From: Basidiobolus meristosporus CBS 931.73
Taxonomy: Eukaryota; Fungi; Basidiobolomycota
Direction: 5' to 3'
DNA length: 64,000 bases
Assembly (NCBI GenBank): GCA_002104905.1
Contig: MCFE01000162.1
Coordinates: 62,001 to 126,000 of the forward strand
A model generated the notes under the pieces. It saw only the letters and a program-made list of their open reading frames with translations. It ran no database searches and was not told the origin of the DNA. A program made the translations under genes and the position numbers. Below, piece after piece: positions 12,446-24,810 of the stretch (positions are counted from its first letter, which is position 1; the number at the start of each line of letters is the position of its first letter).

Positions 12446-15400
12446 ATGTTGGACAATCAAGAATGGAAGAATGCCATGCAGCAAATCCTGCCCCAACGGC
12501 AACAGTTACTCCAGATCCTCAGCCAACAGCAACAAGGAATGACTACCATGGCTCAGAGCCAGCAAAGCCCTGTCAAGAGCAACTTTAGTGTGAAGGTCAA
12601 CAAGTACCATGGTAGAGTCAATGAAAACCTGGAAACTTGGCTCTTTCAGATTGAAGAAGCTTTTAAAGCTAAAGGAATTGCTCCAGAAAGCAAGTTACAT
12701 TATTCAGCCTCTTACCTAGCAGATGCAGCTTTGCAGTGGTACTACAACAAGATCAGGTCATCCACCATGATGGGATGCTCTACAATCTCTACCTGGGATG
12801 AGTTTGTGTCGGAAATTCAGGATGCCTTTGAGCCCCCACACTAACAAACACTAGTAAGAAGAAAGTTGAAGTCACTCAGACAAAAAGGAATGGTCCAAGA
12901 GCACATCTATGAATATAGATGTCTACTTGGGCAAATTGAAAGAATGGACCCTCTGGATCAAGTTGAATACATTATTGATGGGTTGAAAGAAAGAACTTGT
13001 AAGGAAGTTAATTATGAAGACCTCAGACTATTGAAGAAGCCATCAAGATTTTCATTGACTATGACTCAGCTATGTTTGGAGTTGGGAAGCCCACAATGAT
13101 CAATCAGAGAGGCTACAATCACTATGAAAGAAGACAATCAGAAGCAGTGCTAATGGAAATAGATGCTATGCTGAAGAATCCTACCTGAGAAGAATGTAAG
13201 AAGAAAGGACTTTGCTTCAATTGCCACCAGCAGGGACATATTGCAAAGTACTGCCCTCAGACAAGAAATGGACACCCGCCATCAACAACCTTTAACCATA
13301 TTGAGGCCATGGAGCGTAGTAACATGGAGGATGAACTTGAAGAGGACTCAGAACTCACCTTCCACATGACTGAAGAATACCTATCCCAGATGGCCTCAAA
13401 CTCAGGAAAGCTATTATACTTGAATGGAGTAATCAATGGAGTACCTGCCAAGATCATGCTTGACTCAGGAGCATTGCATGAGTACATGTCTGAGCAATTT
13501 GCTTTGAAAGCTGGAATCAACTTGGAGCCCACCAAATCAACTTCAGTCTCAACAGCTGATGGGAACTCTCACATAATCAACCATATTACTCAGCCAGTAA
13601 GGATGAGTATCAATGACTATGAAGAAGATCTACAGCCCTATATATTTGGGAGCTGCAAGTTTGACCTTGTACTTGGGAAAACCTGGCTATTTTGTTGTAA
13701 TCCATCAATCAACTGGAGAACCCATGCTACTCAGATCCAGAAGGACAACAAGACCTATGAGCTATTACCTGCCAGACTGGATTTTAGCTTGGTCAATTCC
13801 AGTATGTGTGAGACAAGTGAACTTAGCAAGACCCAGTTCTGTAGAGCACTTCAAAATGTTACTCAGATGTTCCTCATGGCAGTATTACAGAAGGATTCCT
13901 CTACCCCAGCACCCCAGCAGGTCCAGACTCTCTTGAAGAAATATTCAGACGTGTTTCCAGATGAGCTTGTAAGCCTACCACCAGTCAGAGACATGGATCA
14001 CGCCATTGTCACAGGAGATGGCCCTCCAGTGAGCAAGACAACTTACAGAATGAGTCCATTGGAATTAGAGGAAATGAAGAGACAAATTGATCAGCTATTG
14101 GAGCAAGGATATATCAGACCCAGCAAGTCACCTTGGGGAACACCAGTACCTTTTGTGAAGAAGAAGGATGGAACAATCAGGATGTGCATTGACTACAGAC
14201 CCTCAACTCAGTTACTGTGAATAATAAGTACCCCATACCTTGGATTGATGAGCTTTTGGACCAACTCAATGGAGCCACTATTTTCAGCAAGATTGACCTC
14301 ATTTCAGGATACAACCAGATTAGGGTGAAGCCAGAAGATATCCCTAAGATAGCATTCAGGACCAGATATGGACATTACAAGCACTTAGTCATGAGTTTTG
14401 GCCTCACTAATGCCCCTGCAACATTCATGATGCTGATGCAGACTGTCTTTCAGGAGCACTTAGACAGGTTTGTGATAATCTACCTGGATGACATATTGAT
14501 ATACAGCTAGACAGAAGATCATCACATGGTACACATTGAAAAGATCTTGAAGAAACTAAGAGAGAACAAGCTATATGGCAAGCTAGCCAAGTGTGAATTC
14601 TTCAAGGCACATGTTGAATACCTGGGACACATAGTGACTAGCACAGGAGTGAACTTAGACCCTAAGAAGGTTGAAGTTATCAAGAACCTGAAGCAGCCCC
14701 ATAGCATATCAGAACTCAGATCATTCCTCAGAATGGTTTCCTATTATTGGAGATTTGTCAAGTCTTTTGCAAGTATTGCGGCCCCCTTAACTGATATCCT
14801 CAGCAAAGACAATACCTACAAGTAGGACATAGCTTTTGAGACTGCCTTCCAGACACTCAAGAATGAACTTGCTAAGCTGCCAAGCTTAAGAATACCAGAC
14901 TTCAGAAAAGAGTTCACTCTGAGTGCAGATGCTTCAGATTATGCAATTGGTGGAGTGTTGAGCCAAGAACATAAGGGAATGGACTACCCTGTTGCCTTTG
15001 AATCCAAGAAACTGAACTCAGCAGAACAAAACTATCCAGTCCATGAGAAGGAGATGCTTGCTATAATATACTGCTTGAAGACATGGAGATGCTATATTGA
15101 AGGAGTCAAATGCACTGTGAAGACTGATCATGCCTCCCTCAAGTATATATTTACTCAGAAGGTACTCTCTAGAAGAATGACAAGATGGAGTGAATACATT
15201 CAGCAATTTGACTTGGAGATTGTCTACAGCCCTGTAAAAAACAACATGGTTACTGATGCCTTATCAAGATTAGATCAACCTGCACAACTCAACTTGGTGC
15301 ATGAATCAGATTGGCCTAGCCTATTACCAAAGTACTTGGAGGACCAAGCCATTGCTAATGAGGTGGATAAAGATATCAAGAAGATAATCCAGAATGAAGC

Positions 15401-16577
15401 CAGCAAATTTGTAGTACAGGATGAAACACTCTACCAAATTGTTGATGGAGGCCCTATTGCCTATTGCCCTTATGTTTCTTGCCTAGATTTAATAGATAAG
15501 CTACACAATGGATATGGACATCTTGGAATTGAAGGAACCTATAGTCTTGTGAAAGCCAGAGCCTGGTGGCCCAGAATGAAACAAGACATTGAGAAGCTAG
15601 TGAAAATATGCCCCAATTGCCAAATCAACCAAGGCCAACCACAGAGAATTGCTAAACTCTTTCCCTTGGAGCCTGTAAGCACATTTGAAAGATAGGGAAT
15701 TGACTTTATTGGAAGTCTGCCAACTACCAGGAAATGCAACCGTTGGATCCTAGTAGCAATTGACCATGCCACTAAATGGCCAGTTGCTAAAGCTGTACCA
15801 ATAGCCAGTGAACAAGAAGTTGCAAGTTTCATATACCATGAGATCCTGATGAAGTTTGGATGCCCTGTGGAGATCTTATCTGATAGAGGAGCAAACTTTA
15901 TGGCAAAGACATTAGAGGCTTACCTGGAAATACAGCAGATTAAATACTTGACAACCTTGGCATATCACCGCAGAACTAAAGGAGTCACTGAATGCTTTAA
16001 TGGATTATTTGGAAAAATGCTGACAAAGTATGCAAATGTAGCTGTCAGTAGATGGGATGAGTATATAGATCAAGCACTCTTTGCCTGCAGAGTGAGAGTG
16101 CACAACACTACCCAACAATCACCATTTTACTTAGTGTATGTATGTGAACCAAGGATTCCAGGAGATCTCATACAACCCAAGCTTACAGATGCCTTAGAAG
16201 ATGAACTAAGTCAGCCCAGTAGACACCAGCAATTGGAACAAAGACAATAAGAGGATCAGGTCAAAGTATCTCAAAGTGCAGAAAAGATGAAGCAGAGATT
16301 TGATAAGACTATAGCACCAGAAGCATTGACAGTTGGCAACTTTGTGTTGCTAAGAAACAACACTTGGAATATGTTTGAGCCACAATGGACAGGACCATTC
16401 AAGATTATCAGAGAATGTCCATTTGCAACTTACCAACTAGTGGATAAACAAGGGAATATCTGGGAAGATTTAGTTCATGGAGACAGACTCAAGCTTGCAA
16501 GACTTGCTGACAATACTGAACCATCAAGATATTGGCATCACAAGAAAAGAGATTCAGGAGAACCCTTGCAACTTTAG
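12446..16577 (+). pseudogene. Gypsy gag-pol (gag, aspartic protease, RT, RNase H, integrase with GPY/F), several stops and frameshifts
   Basis: Retrotrans_gag-like WLFQIEEAF..YL.DAALQWY; IMLDSGA (protease); [30 protein letters not shown] and YLDD (RT); DASDYAIGGVL and HEKEMLAI (RNase H); HNGYGH..CPNC, GIDF and SDRG (integrase); PQWTGPFKI. No chromodomain seen. Confidence 0.93.
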
Positions 16578-16587
16578 TGGGGGAAAA

Positions 16588-16956
16588 TGTTATGATCTAC
16601 CGCTTGAATGTTTAAGTTAGATAAGTCTTTAGTTAGATCAACTAATTTTATGTTTAGCCTATCAGTACATCAGTGTTATCTATCAAATCAGTAGTATTAG
16701 TCAGCAGATGAATCAGCATATCCTTATCAGACAGAAATAGTTATATTAAGTAGGATCTAATTGGGTGATGATGATGCAATTAAATGAGTCATCAGCCACA
16801 GCCTACATTAGGAAATACAATTAGTCAGCAAATGATCTTGCAAAAGGTATATAAGGAGCTGCTGGAACCTCAATAAAAATCAGTTCAAGTCTTAGTGAAT
16901 AGAGTACTAGCTAAACTCCCTAATCCTCTTCAACTCTTATATCAAGACTTGTAACA
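16588..16956 (+). repeat. Intact 3' LTR of the gypsy element (TATATAA at 16848, AATAAA at 16872)
   Basis: The first ~207 bp match the 5' LTR with about 15 differences. The remainder carries TATA-like and poly(A)-like signals that the 5' LTR lacks. Confidence 0.9.
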
Positions 16957-17944
16957 TATGACCATGCCTTTGCCATGGAACTTGATGGACTCTCATTAAA
17001 CAAGTACTCAAACAGAAAATCCTGCTAGCCCCTGATTTTCATCAATCTGAATCTGCCACCCATCTTAAAGTATCAGAGCAATAATCTGATGATAGTCTCA
17101 CTGGTATCTGAGCGTAAATTACCATCCAACCTTGATTGCTACCTGTATCCATTGCTGGATGAATTTTATATGCATTCTAGCAGGATAACAGTAAATGGCT
17201 GTCATGTAAAAGTGCATATTATTATCTGCATTGGAGATACCCCAGCCATCAGCAAGATAGCAGGTTTTTCCGGATGCAATGGACAGTATTACTGTTGAAT
17301 ATGTGAGATCCAGGGGATTTACACCATAACTCACACACATTATTATTACCCAAACACCAGCACTAAGAACATCATCTTTCCACTGAGAGAACATACAGAA
17401 GTCAGCATGCAATTGCAGCCAAGTTGGTGAGCTATAAGCCATTGGCCCAAATTTGGAATCAACTGGAAATTGAAGATACTTAAGATAGATGGTATCTGTT
17501 GGAGCAAAAGCTTTCCACTGGGAGCAATGCATTTGCTTCTCAACAATATCCCTATACCAATTTACCAAGTTGTACATGGGGCATTTCAAGCTAAATGAGC
17601 CCTTTGAGATACTGGAGAAATTTGAAAGAATTGGCAAGATAATACAGAATATCTGCTACACTAAGTACTTCTCATGGGCTCTAATCAATATTCATACACA
17701 CATGCAACAATACAAATGCAAAGACTGGACAAACTGGATACGTTTTTATTTTAGTGGTGCTCTGAAGCCATTCCTACCAAGAGTACATTGGAAGCTTTGG
17801 GAGTCATATGTGAAAGTTGTAGGAATACTTATCCAGAAGCAGATCACCAATGCAAACTTGATGCATCTATAGTTACTGTGAGAGAAGTTTGTAACAGAAT
17901 TTGAGAGGCTATACTGCAAACATAAAGCAGAATGCAGATTTAAT

Positions 17945-18565
17945 CCTATGCTAGAAAATGCCTATTACTTTATTCCATGATAATTGAGGATGTATACATT
18001 TAGGTAGAAGTAAAAGTTTCCAAACTAGAACCAAGCACATAGATGTTAGACATCATTTCATATGTGGAGCTCTAAAGAATAACTGAGCAAACTTGGCTTA
18101 CTGTACTATAGAAGAAATGTTTGCAGGCATATTTACCAAACAATTAGCTAGAGACAAGCTTGAGTATCTTAGGTCAAAATTAGGACTAGTCAGTATGAGC
18201 ATTTAGTTGAGTAGGAGTGTTGTAAAAGCTTGTAATACCACCTAAATATTCACTTAGCTTAGTCACTCATATCATTATCTTCAAATCTTGGAGAACATTA
18301 ACCAAATTTCTTTTTAGGACTTACTTCAAAAATTCTCATATTCTGGGTTTTGATATTTTGGTGAAAATATTCTAAGTTATCCAAACAGCCCCAAGCTTTG
18401 CACACATGTTCTTGGGACCTTTCTAAGCCTACTTTACAGGCTTGTTATGCCAAGACCATGTAAAAGTATAAACACTACATTTACATTCAATAAATCACTA
18501 AGTGAAAACCACATAATCTACTTGTTCTCCCTATCACTTCCAATATCTCCAAGACTCTTACAACA
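17945..18565 (+). mobile_element. Copia family B 3' remnant: RNase H C-terminus, PPT and 3' LTR (18218-18565)
   Basis: RTKHIDVRHHF...LAYCT.EEMFA.IFTKQLARDKLEYLRSKLGL, then AGTTGAGTAGGAG, then TGTTGTAAAA...TTACAACA, homologous to the solo LTR at 28274-28622. Confidence 0.85.
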
Positions 18566-18639
18566 ATATTCACTTAATGATCTACTGACTGTGAGAGTAG
18601 TGTTTATACTTTTGTATAGTCTTGGAAAGACAAACATGT

Positions 18640-20125
18640 TTGCTCCAACAGATACCATATATCTTAAGTATCTTCAACTTTCAGTTGATTCCAAACTTGG
18701 GCCAATGGCTTATAGCTCACCAACTTGGCTGCAATTGCATGCTTACTTCTGTATGTTCTCTAAGTGGAAATATGATGTTCTTAGTGCTGATGTTTGGGTA
18801 ATAATAATGTGAGTGAGTTATGGTGTAAATCCCCTGGATCTCACATATTCAACAGTAATACTGTCCATTGTGCCTGGAAAAACCTACTATCTTGCTGATG
18901 GCTGGGGTATCTCCAATGCAGATAATAATGTGCGCTTTGTATGACAGCCATTTACCATTATCCTGCTGGAAAGCATACCAAATTTATCCAGCAATGGATA
19001 CAGGTAGCTATCCAGGTTGGACAGTGATTTAGGCCCAGACACCAGTGAGACTACCATCAGATTATTGCTATAATACCAAAAGATGGGCGGCAGATTCAGA
19101 CTGATGAGAATCAGTGGCCAGCAGGATTTGCTGGTAGAGTGCTTGTTTAATGAGAATCCATTAAGTGCTAAAGCAATGGCATAGTCATACATACCTTCAA
19201 AGTAGCCCTTGCTTCTTAGCTGTTTGTAATGTTTGCCATCAAATATACTGGATATGTTTGCGCTTGATTGGTACTGAGTGCAGTACTGTACATCTTTGCA
19301 ATATTTGTTGGACTGCATGAGCTTCCTCAGATGGGGTATGACTGGAATATATCTGGAGTGTGAACAATGTTTTCCCTCAATGGTGGTGGATTCTTGACAA
19401 CTTGGACACATTGCAATGGTAGCATTTTTGGATGTGAATGCCATGCACCTGTTAACACATGCTGGAATCAGGACAGTCTCTGGATCATTTGTTGCCAGGT
19501 GCGTGATAGTTGTCCACTTGTACCATGTACATGGTAAGTTGCATCCAGGTATGATTTTGGCAAGAAGTAGTAATAAGTCCTCAAAGCCGCCATATCTGAT
19601 ATTAGTGGAAATGCACCACTTCTCTAGCCACAACATTACATCATTCACCAGTAGATGGATTACTGGGCTCACTTGGCTCCATAAAGTATCTTTGGCATTT
19701 GTTTCAACAGGTGTTGTCTTGTTGCATATAGGGATTTGACCAGGCTCATATGTGGTATTATTGTTAGGGGAGATAGGCTCAAGATCCATCAGTGAACCTT
19801 CTTTGTCAGAGCTATCACTCTGCATGCCATATTCAAATGGCTGAGGTGAGCCTAAAGGTGTTACAAACTCACCTGACTCAGTTTGCGCAAGGTGACAAAC
19901 ATGTCCAGGTGCCAATATAGAAGTATCAACTGGCTGGCAAGATAATGTTGGTACAGAAGTGACCAATGAATGGTCAAATATGACTTGGGTAGCATAACAC
20001 TGTCTGTGATCCATGTAATACTCCCTATGCTGTCTGAGTGTTTCATGGCTGAGAGGCTTTCCGCAATAGCCACATGGTTTTTTTTCTCTTCTCTTATGGT
20101 GTTGAGTCAAAGTAGTCTTGTCTAT
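18640..20125 (-). pseudogene. CACTA-type (Transposase_21/TnpD) transposase with an N-terminal CxxC..H zinc-finger-like motif
   Basis: 407-aa ORF: CGYCGKPLSHETLRQH; CVNRC..CPSC; YIPVIPHL; IFDGKHYKQL; ALNGF (DGL in copy 1); CWPLILISLNLPP; GPKSLSNLDSYLYPL. Start codon appears mutated ATG>ATA; C-terminus frameshifted and truncated. Confidence 0.88.
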
Positions 20126-20347
20126 GGGGCAAACAGTTTGACCTTCAATAACATAACGCTATTATATCACTTTTTGGTCAATATTCATGTGAACTTAAGA
20201 CAGTCTTGTATTTGAGACATTGCACCTACATGAATGTAAGATTCAATGATGACCTGCCAGAGTAAGCATTATAAATAAGGTTGTGGCACCACATACCCAT
20301 GTTTATATAACACTATTTCCCCTTAGGTTTGACTCACTTCCATATAT

Positions 20348-22425
20348 ATGCCACTAAAAAATAAAGCAAAGCTGTCTGGTTCTTAACCAAACACCACCAC
20401 TGACGGCAACAGAAGAATAGTTGGACAGCAGCTTGCTTTGACATTCAGTGCAACAAGTGGGGCTACATCCACAAAAGGCCCTGTGGACAGTGTGCCTATT
20501 GAAGGTAATAATGCAGACTCCTCAGGCTCTCAGTCAAGTAGGCAATTGAGAATCTCTGTGGAGCCACAAGCTGACTGTTATGCTCAGCCAGATGAAAATG
20601 TAGCAAACGCAGTACCCTCAGTTGAAGATCAGCAAGTGGCCATAATAACATCACCACCACCCATATTAGCAAGTATGTTGTCAGCTCATACCAAAGCATT
20701 AATGATCTAATTAGGGGCAGTGGCTGAAAGGATAGATGCAATGGCCCAGAGAAATCAGGAAATGGCCCAGAAACAGGATGAGTGGGTAATATGTGTCAAG
20801 CAATCAATATCCCAGGTAGAGAAAGCAGTATCCTTACTACAAAGAAGGAACTCAAGTAGCTCAGTGTCACAGCCAAAAATTGAGCCATTTCCCAATGTAA
20901 CAGCAGAGGAACACTATATAGTCTTTGAAGCACAACAACAGTGCCCAAAGATAAAGCCCACAGAAAAACCTATTACAGCATGGGAGGGAGACAATGTGGT
21001 GTTTATACCAAAGCCTAAAAATCAAGAGACATTGAATATCTGTGAAGCCATTGAGTGCAATAATGAAGAGTGGGCAAATATACAAGCGGCTGTCAGGAGT
21101 CTAGCATGCCATCTCCTTAAGGCCGGCATACCCTGGGACCATCAGGAACTCAAGGCCAAGCAGGATGCACTTGACTTGTTCCATGAGCATTATCCTGGAT
21201 TTGAACGGGCAAACAGATTTTGGGCCAGCATTAGTATGCTGAGAAAGTATCACAAGAATAGCAGAAACTATCAAAGGCAGAAAAACAAGGGTGTCATGGC
21301 TAAAAACCAGCAGCTTCCTCAAGAACCTGTTACAAGCAGGGCCAAAAGCTCCAGACAAGCCTCAAAGAGATGTCAGGCAGCTGGAAGAGTGCCAAATAGG
21401 GACAAGCAGGCAGACATGGATGCACCAGCACAACATTTATCAAGGAAAAAGCATAGTACTGCCCAAGAAGCACCCAGTTAAAGTAGCAGTGAAGGACCTG
21501 GCAGTGATAAGAACCAGCCACTTTTACAGGAGCCAGTCACAACTACAGTTGAAAGCTCAAAACAAGCTGAAAAGAAATATCAGGTTGCCAAAAGAGTGCC
21601 AGCAAGGGACAAGCAAGCCAAAATAGATGCGTCAGCACAGAATTATCCAGGGTAAAATGTACTTCTTTACAAGCAGAACTTAGACAAAGTAGCAGTGAGA
21701 GTCCTAGCAGTGATAAAGGAAAATGTAAATGGAAAAATGTCTACCTAAGCTTGAGGCAGGGAGGTATGCAAAAAAAACTGCAGTTCTTGCCAGTTAACAC
21801 CTCAAGCCAGGAACAGACTGAGTCCCATCACAGCCAAGAAGAATTACCAACAAGAAAACAGCTGTCTTTAAAAGAGTTGGAAGTGCAGCCAGTTGAGCTA
21901 CACTCCAGCAAGGTATATGAGTTTGCTGAAAAAGGCAATCCATCTACCATGGCATCCATAGCCTCCACAGCCTCCATTGTTGACACAGTGGAGATCCCAC
22001 TCACAGACAAGGCTACAACATTAAGAGCTCAAAAGACTATCACAATGCCTTCAGTGGAGTTTTGGAACATCAATAGGCACACCAAGAGGTTGCAACACTT
22101 CTTCCAGAGTGGTGCTCAAGAAAACACACTGGAATATTGCCAGGATTTATTGCAAAGACTGGCAGATGAGGAGCTTGACCTTGAAGTGCTGGCTGAAGAC
22201 CAGGATGTGTGGGAACCAGTGAATGAGCAGTGGCATAAAGCTGTTGGGTTCCTGCCAAAGTTGAGGAACCAGAGCATTACAGCAGAAATGCTTATTGAGT
22301 GGTGGATTTTAATGGAGCTACTTGTTGAGTGTGGGGTTGGGCTTAATGTTAGTGTAGGGTATAGAGACTTGTATAGGTCAATGCAATTGGCAATTGTAGT
22401 ACAACTGAAGTTTCAATGGATGTAA
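20348..22425 (+). pseudogene. Second, accessory ORF of the CACTA-like element (~690 codons, unknown function), divergent from the transposase
   Basis: Adjacent ORF pieces 20438-20710, 20720-21481 and 21751-22425, separated by stops or shifts. The same reading frame is conserved in copy 1 (minus strand, starting MLPKKKAKLS at 11011). Confidence 0.7.
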
Positions 22426-22809
22426 ATCAATTTGTACGCATGAAAAGTACAAGAAATGGTTGAGTCAGGAAGTAAGGAGTGTGAAAAAGAGGCAATAGCC
22501 AATCAATTCACAAAAATGTAGGAGGCAATAGAGTGTCTGGGATCAGAAAGTGAGCAAATTGGCAGGGTACTAATCAAAAGCCACTTATACATTGTTGTGA
22601 TGAAAAATTTTGACTAAGTTTTTTGTGAAATCATGGATGCATTTATTTTTCAACAGTCTCTAGATGGTGTCCTGACAAGATCAGTACCTCTTAGTCACGG
22701 GACTTTCACTTTGTATTGGCCTTTTAACAGGATCATCTCAATAATTTTTCATATGGTCAAGGGCAAACATAACAAACAACTAAGAAGCAAGGGTTACACT
22801 GAAGGTATG

Positions 22810-23502
22810 TGTTATACCCAAGCAAAAAGTATAATAAAGCTCTTGAATAGTTCAACTTAACCTAGGGGACAACTAAGTGCAGAATCTTAGAATTATCAGA
22901 ATAGCAGCAATATTAGCAGAGAAATTCTGGTCTGCTATTGATCTTGTATAAAGCTGGGTTTGGCTAAAAAGGCAACTGAGTGGGTTTGCTATGCAGACTA
23001 GGCTTGGTGTTTATAGAATGCTAGATACGCTAGGCTTATGTAGAAACTAGAATGCAATTGTTGAAATCTCAATTTTGCTGAGACACAATCTTAATTTTGC
23101 TGAGAGACACATCAAAACCAAAGGTTTAATATCCTTTATTTATACTTTTCTGATCAAGTTGAATTAGTAAATGCCAAGAGAGTTGGCTAGTCAAGATCTG
23201 TTGGGGTATTTATAGGTGCATACAATAAATGAAAATTGCATCATTTATCAGCTGATGCCTGGCAACTGCTAAGTGGTTGGATAGATCTCAGATGACTAAC
23301 CACTTGGAAATGCTTAGCAGATCAGTTAAGGATGTGATGACCACATGGAAATTGATCAGGTGTGGCAGCTTAAATAGACCATGAGAAGGGATAAAATAAA
23401 TCATAACTGGGATTAGTTATATTTGGGTTAGGGAAAATCAACTAGAGTACTAGATTTTCCAAAGAGTAAAATTAGCTGAGTTTTAAGTGTTGATGCACAA
23501 TA
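22810..23502. repeat. Solo LTR, family C (693 bp), TSD GTATG
   Basis: TGTTATA...CACAATA flanked by GTATG at 22805-22809 and 23503-23507; homologous to 24113-24810. Confidence 0.9.
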
Positions 23503-24112
23503 GTATGTATGACCATGCCTTTGCCTTTACATGTGATGATTCTCATTAAACAAGTACTCTACCAGCAAATCCTGCTGGCCACTGATTCTCAGCAACCTGA
23601 ATTTACTGCCTATGTTAAAGTATCAGAGCAGAAATATGATGGTAGTCTTGCTGGTATCTGGGCCTGAATTACCTTCCAACCTGGATAGATACCTGTATCT
23701 GTTGCTGGATGAGTTTTGCATGCTTTCCAGCAGGATACTACCAAATGCCATCACATTAAACCACATACTAGACTTGTTCTGTTGAATAGTTCCACATTGA
23801 GCCATGACTGCCAAATGATGCCATAGTGTGCCAGGGAGTCCAAGTGAACCTATACTTGGCAACACAGTGTGAAACATAGCTCTGCATCTACATGCAGAGC
23901 CACCCCTATGTTTCACCTGTTGTGCTGAAGAAAATCCATTTTTTGACCTTTTTTTTGGGATCAATGTTGTGCAGGATGTGTAAGAGCACAAAAGAATTGA
24001 CAACATGCATCTGGTACTCAATGCACATGGCACTCTGAATCTAGCTCCTGTGACCTGTATCATGACACAAAAATGCATGGCACTATTTTGGCTCACTTGT
24101 ACTAGCTGGCAC

Positions 24113-24810
24113 TGCTATATCCAAGAGAAAAGTGTAATAAAACTCTTGAATGAGTTATCTGAACCTAAGTGACAACTGAGTGCAGAATCTTGAAACTGTT
24201 AAGGGTGACAGAAATATTAGTAGAGAAGTTCTGGTCTAATGTTGGTTTTGTATATAGTTGAGTTGGGCTATAAAGGCAACAGGACTGGTTTGCTATACAG
24301 GCTAGGCTTGGTGTTCTTGGGAATGCTAGATATGCTAGGCTTGGGTGGAAACTAGAACAGAATTGTTGAATTCTTAATTTTGTTGAGGCACAATCTTAAC
24401 TTCGTTGATACACACACTAAGCCAAAAGGTTCAGTAATCTTTATTTATACTTTTCTGATCAAGTTGAATTGGTAAGCACCAAGAGACTGGACTAATTGAA
24501 ATCTGTTGGGGTGATGATAGGTGTATAAGAGAAATGAAAGTTCCATCATTAATCAGCTGATGTCTTGGGAACCACTAAGTGGTTGGATAGATCTCATATG
24601 ACCAATCCTTTGGAAAGGCTTAGCAGATCAGTTGAGGAGGTAATGACCACTTGAAAACTGATCAGGTGGTACAGCTAAAAATAGATTCTGAGAAGTGATA
24701 AAATAAACCATAACAGGGATTAGTTATGTTTGGGTTAGGGAAAATCAGTAAGGGTACTAGATTTTCTAACAGAGTGAAATTGGCTAAGTTTTAGATGTTG
24801 ATGCACAACA
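24113..24810. repeat. Solo LTR, family C (698 bp), TSD GGCAC
   Basis: TGCTATA...CACAACA flanked by GGCAC at 24108-24112 and 24811-24815. Confidence 0.92.

Larger units (their letters stand above)
12173..16956 (+). mobile_element. Ty3/gypsy LTR retrotransposon with a 4-bp TSD (TATG) and an internally deleted 5' LTR
   Basis: LTRs at 12173-12387 and 16588-16956 start TGTTATGATCTACC and end TAACA. TATG at 12169-12172 and 16957-16960; removing the element restores ...GAAGGTATGTATGACCATGCC of the host transposase. PBS TGGTAGCAGCG (tRNA-iMet 3'-end type) at 12389; PPT AGTGGGGGAAAA before 16588. Confidence 0.95.
8736..17940 (+). mobile_element. CACTA/EnSpm-like transposon copy 1: left TIR, ORF2 on minus (~9100-11011), transposase on plus (from 11234); contains the gypsy insertion and lacks the right arm
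   Basis: Starts CCCTATGAGAAG at 8736. Transposase pieces at 11234-12172 and 16957-17940 carry IFDGKHYKQL..KGYFEGMYD, DG.S, NLPP, NLDCYLYPLLDE, IGDTPA.SK..GF and DWTNWIRFY (Transposase_21/TnpD type). Collinear with the inverted copy at 18640-22756. Confidence 0.85.
18640..22756 (-). mobile_element. CACTA/EnSpm-like transposon copy 2, inverted; left TIR at 22745-22756, transposase 3' end missing
   Basis: Reverse-complement collinear with copy 1 (roughly 85% by eye). Degenerate TIR TTTTTCATATGG at 22745-22756. Confidence 0.88.

Noticed and set aside
16287-16577. Chromodomain at the gypsy integrase C-terminus
   Set aside because: Only a GPY/F-type module is visible, and the ORF ends just before the PPT.
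23623-24096. 157-aa ORF as a novel gene
   Set aside because: It spans the foldback arm and antisense transposase sequence, with no motif and no conservation in the opposite arm.
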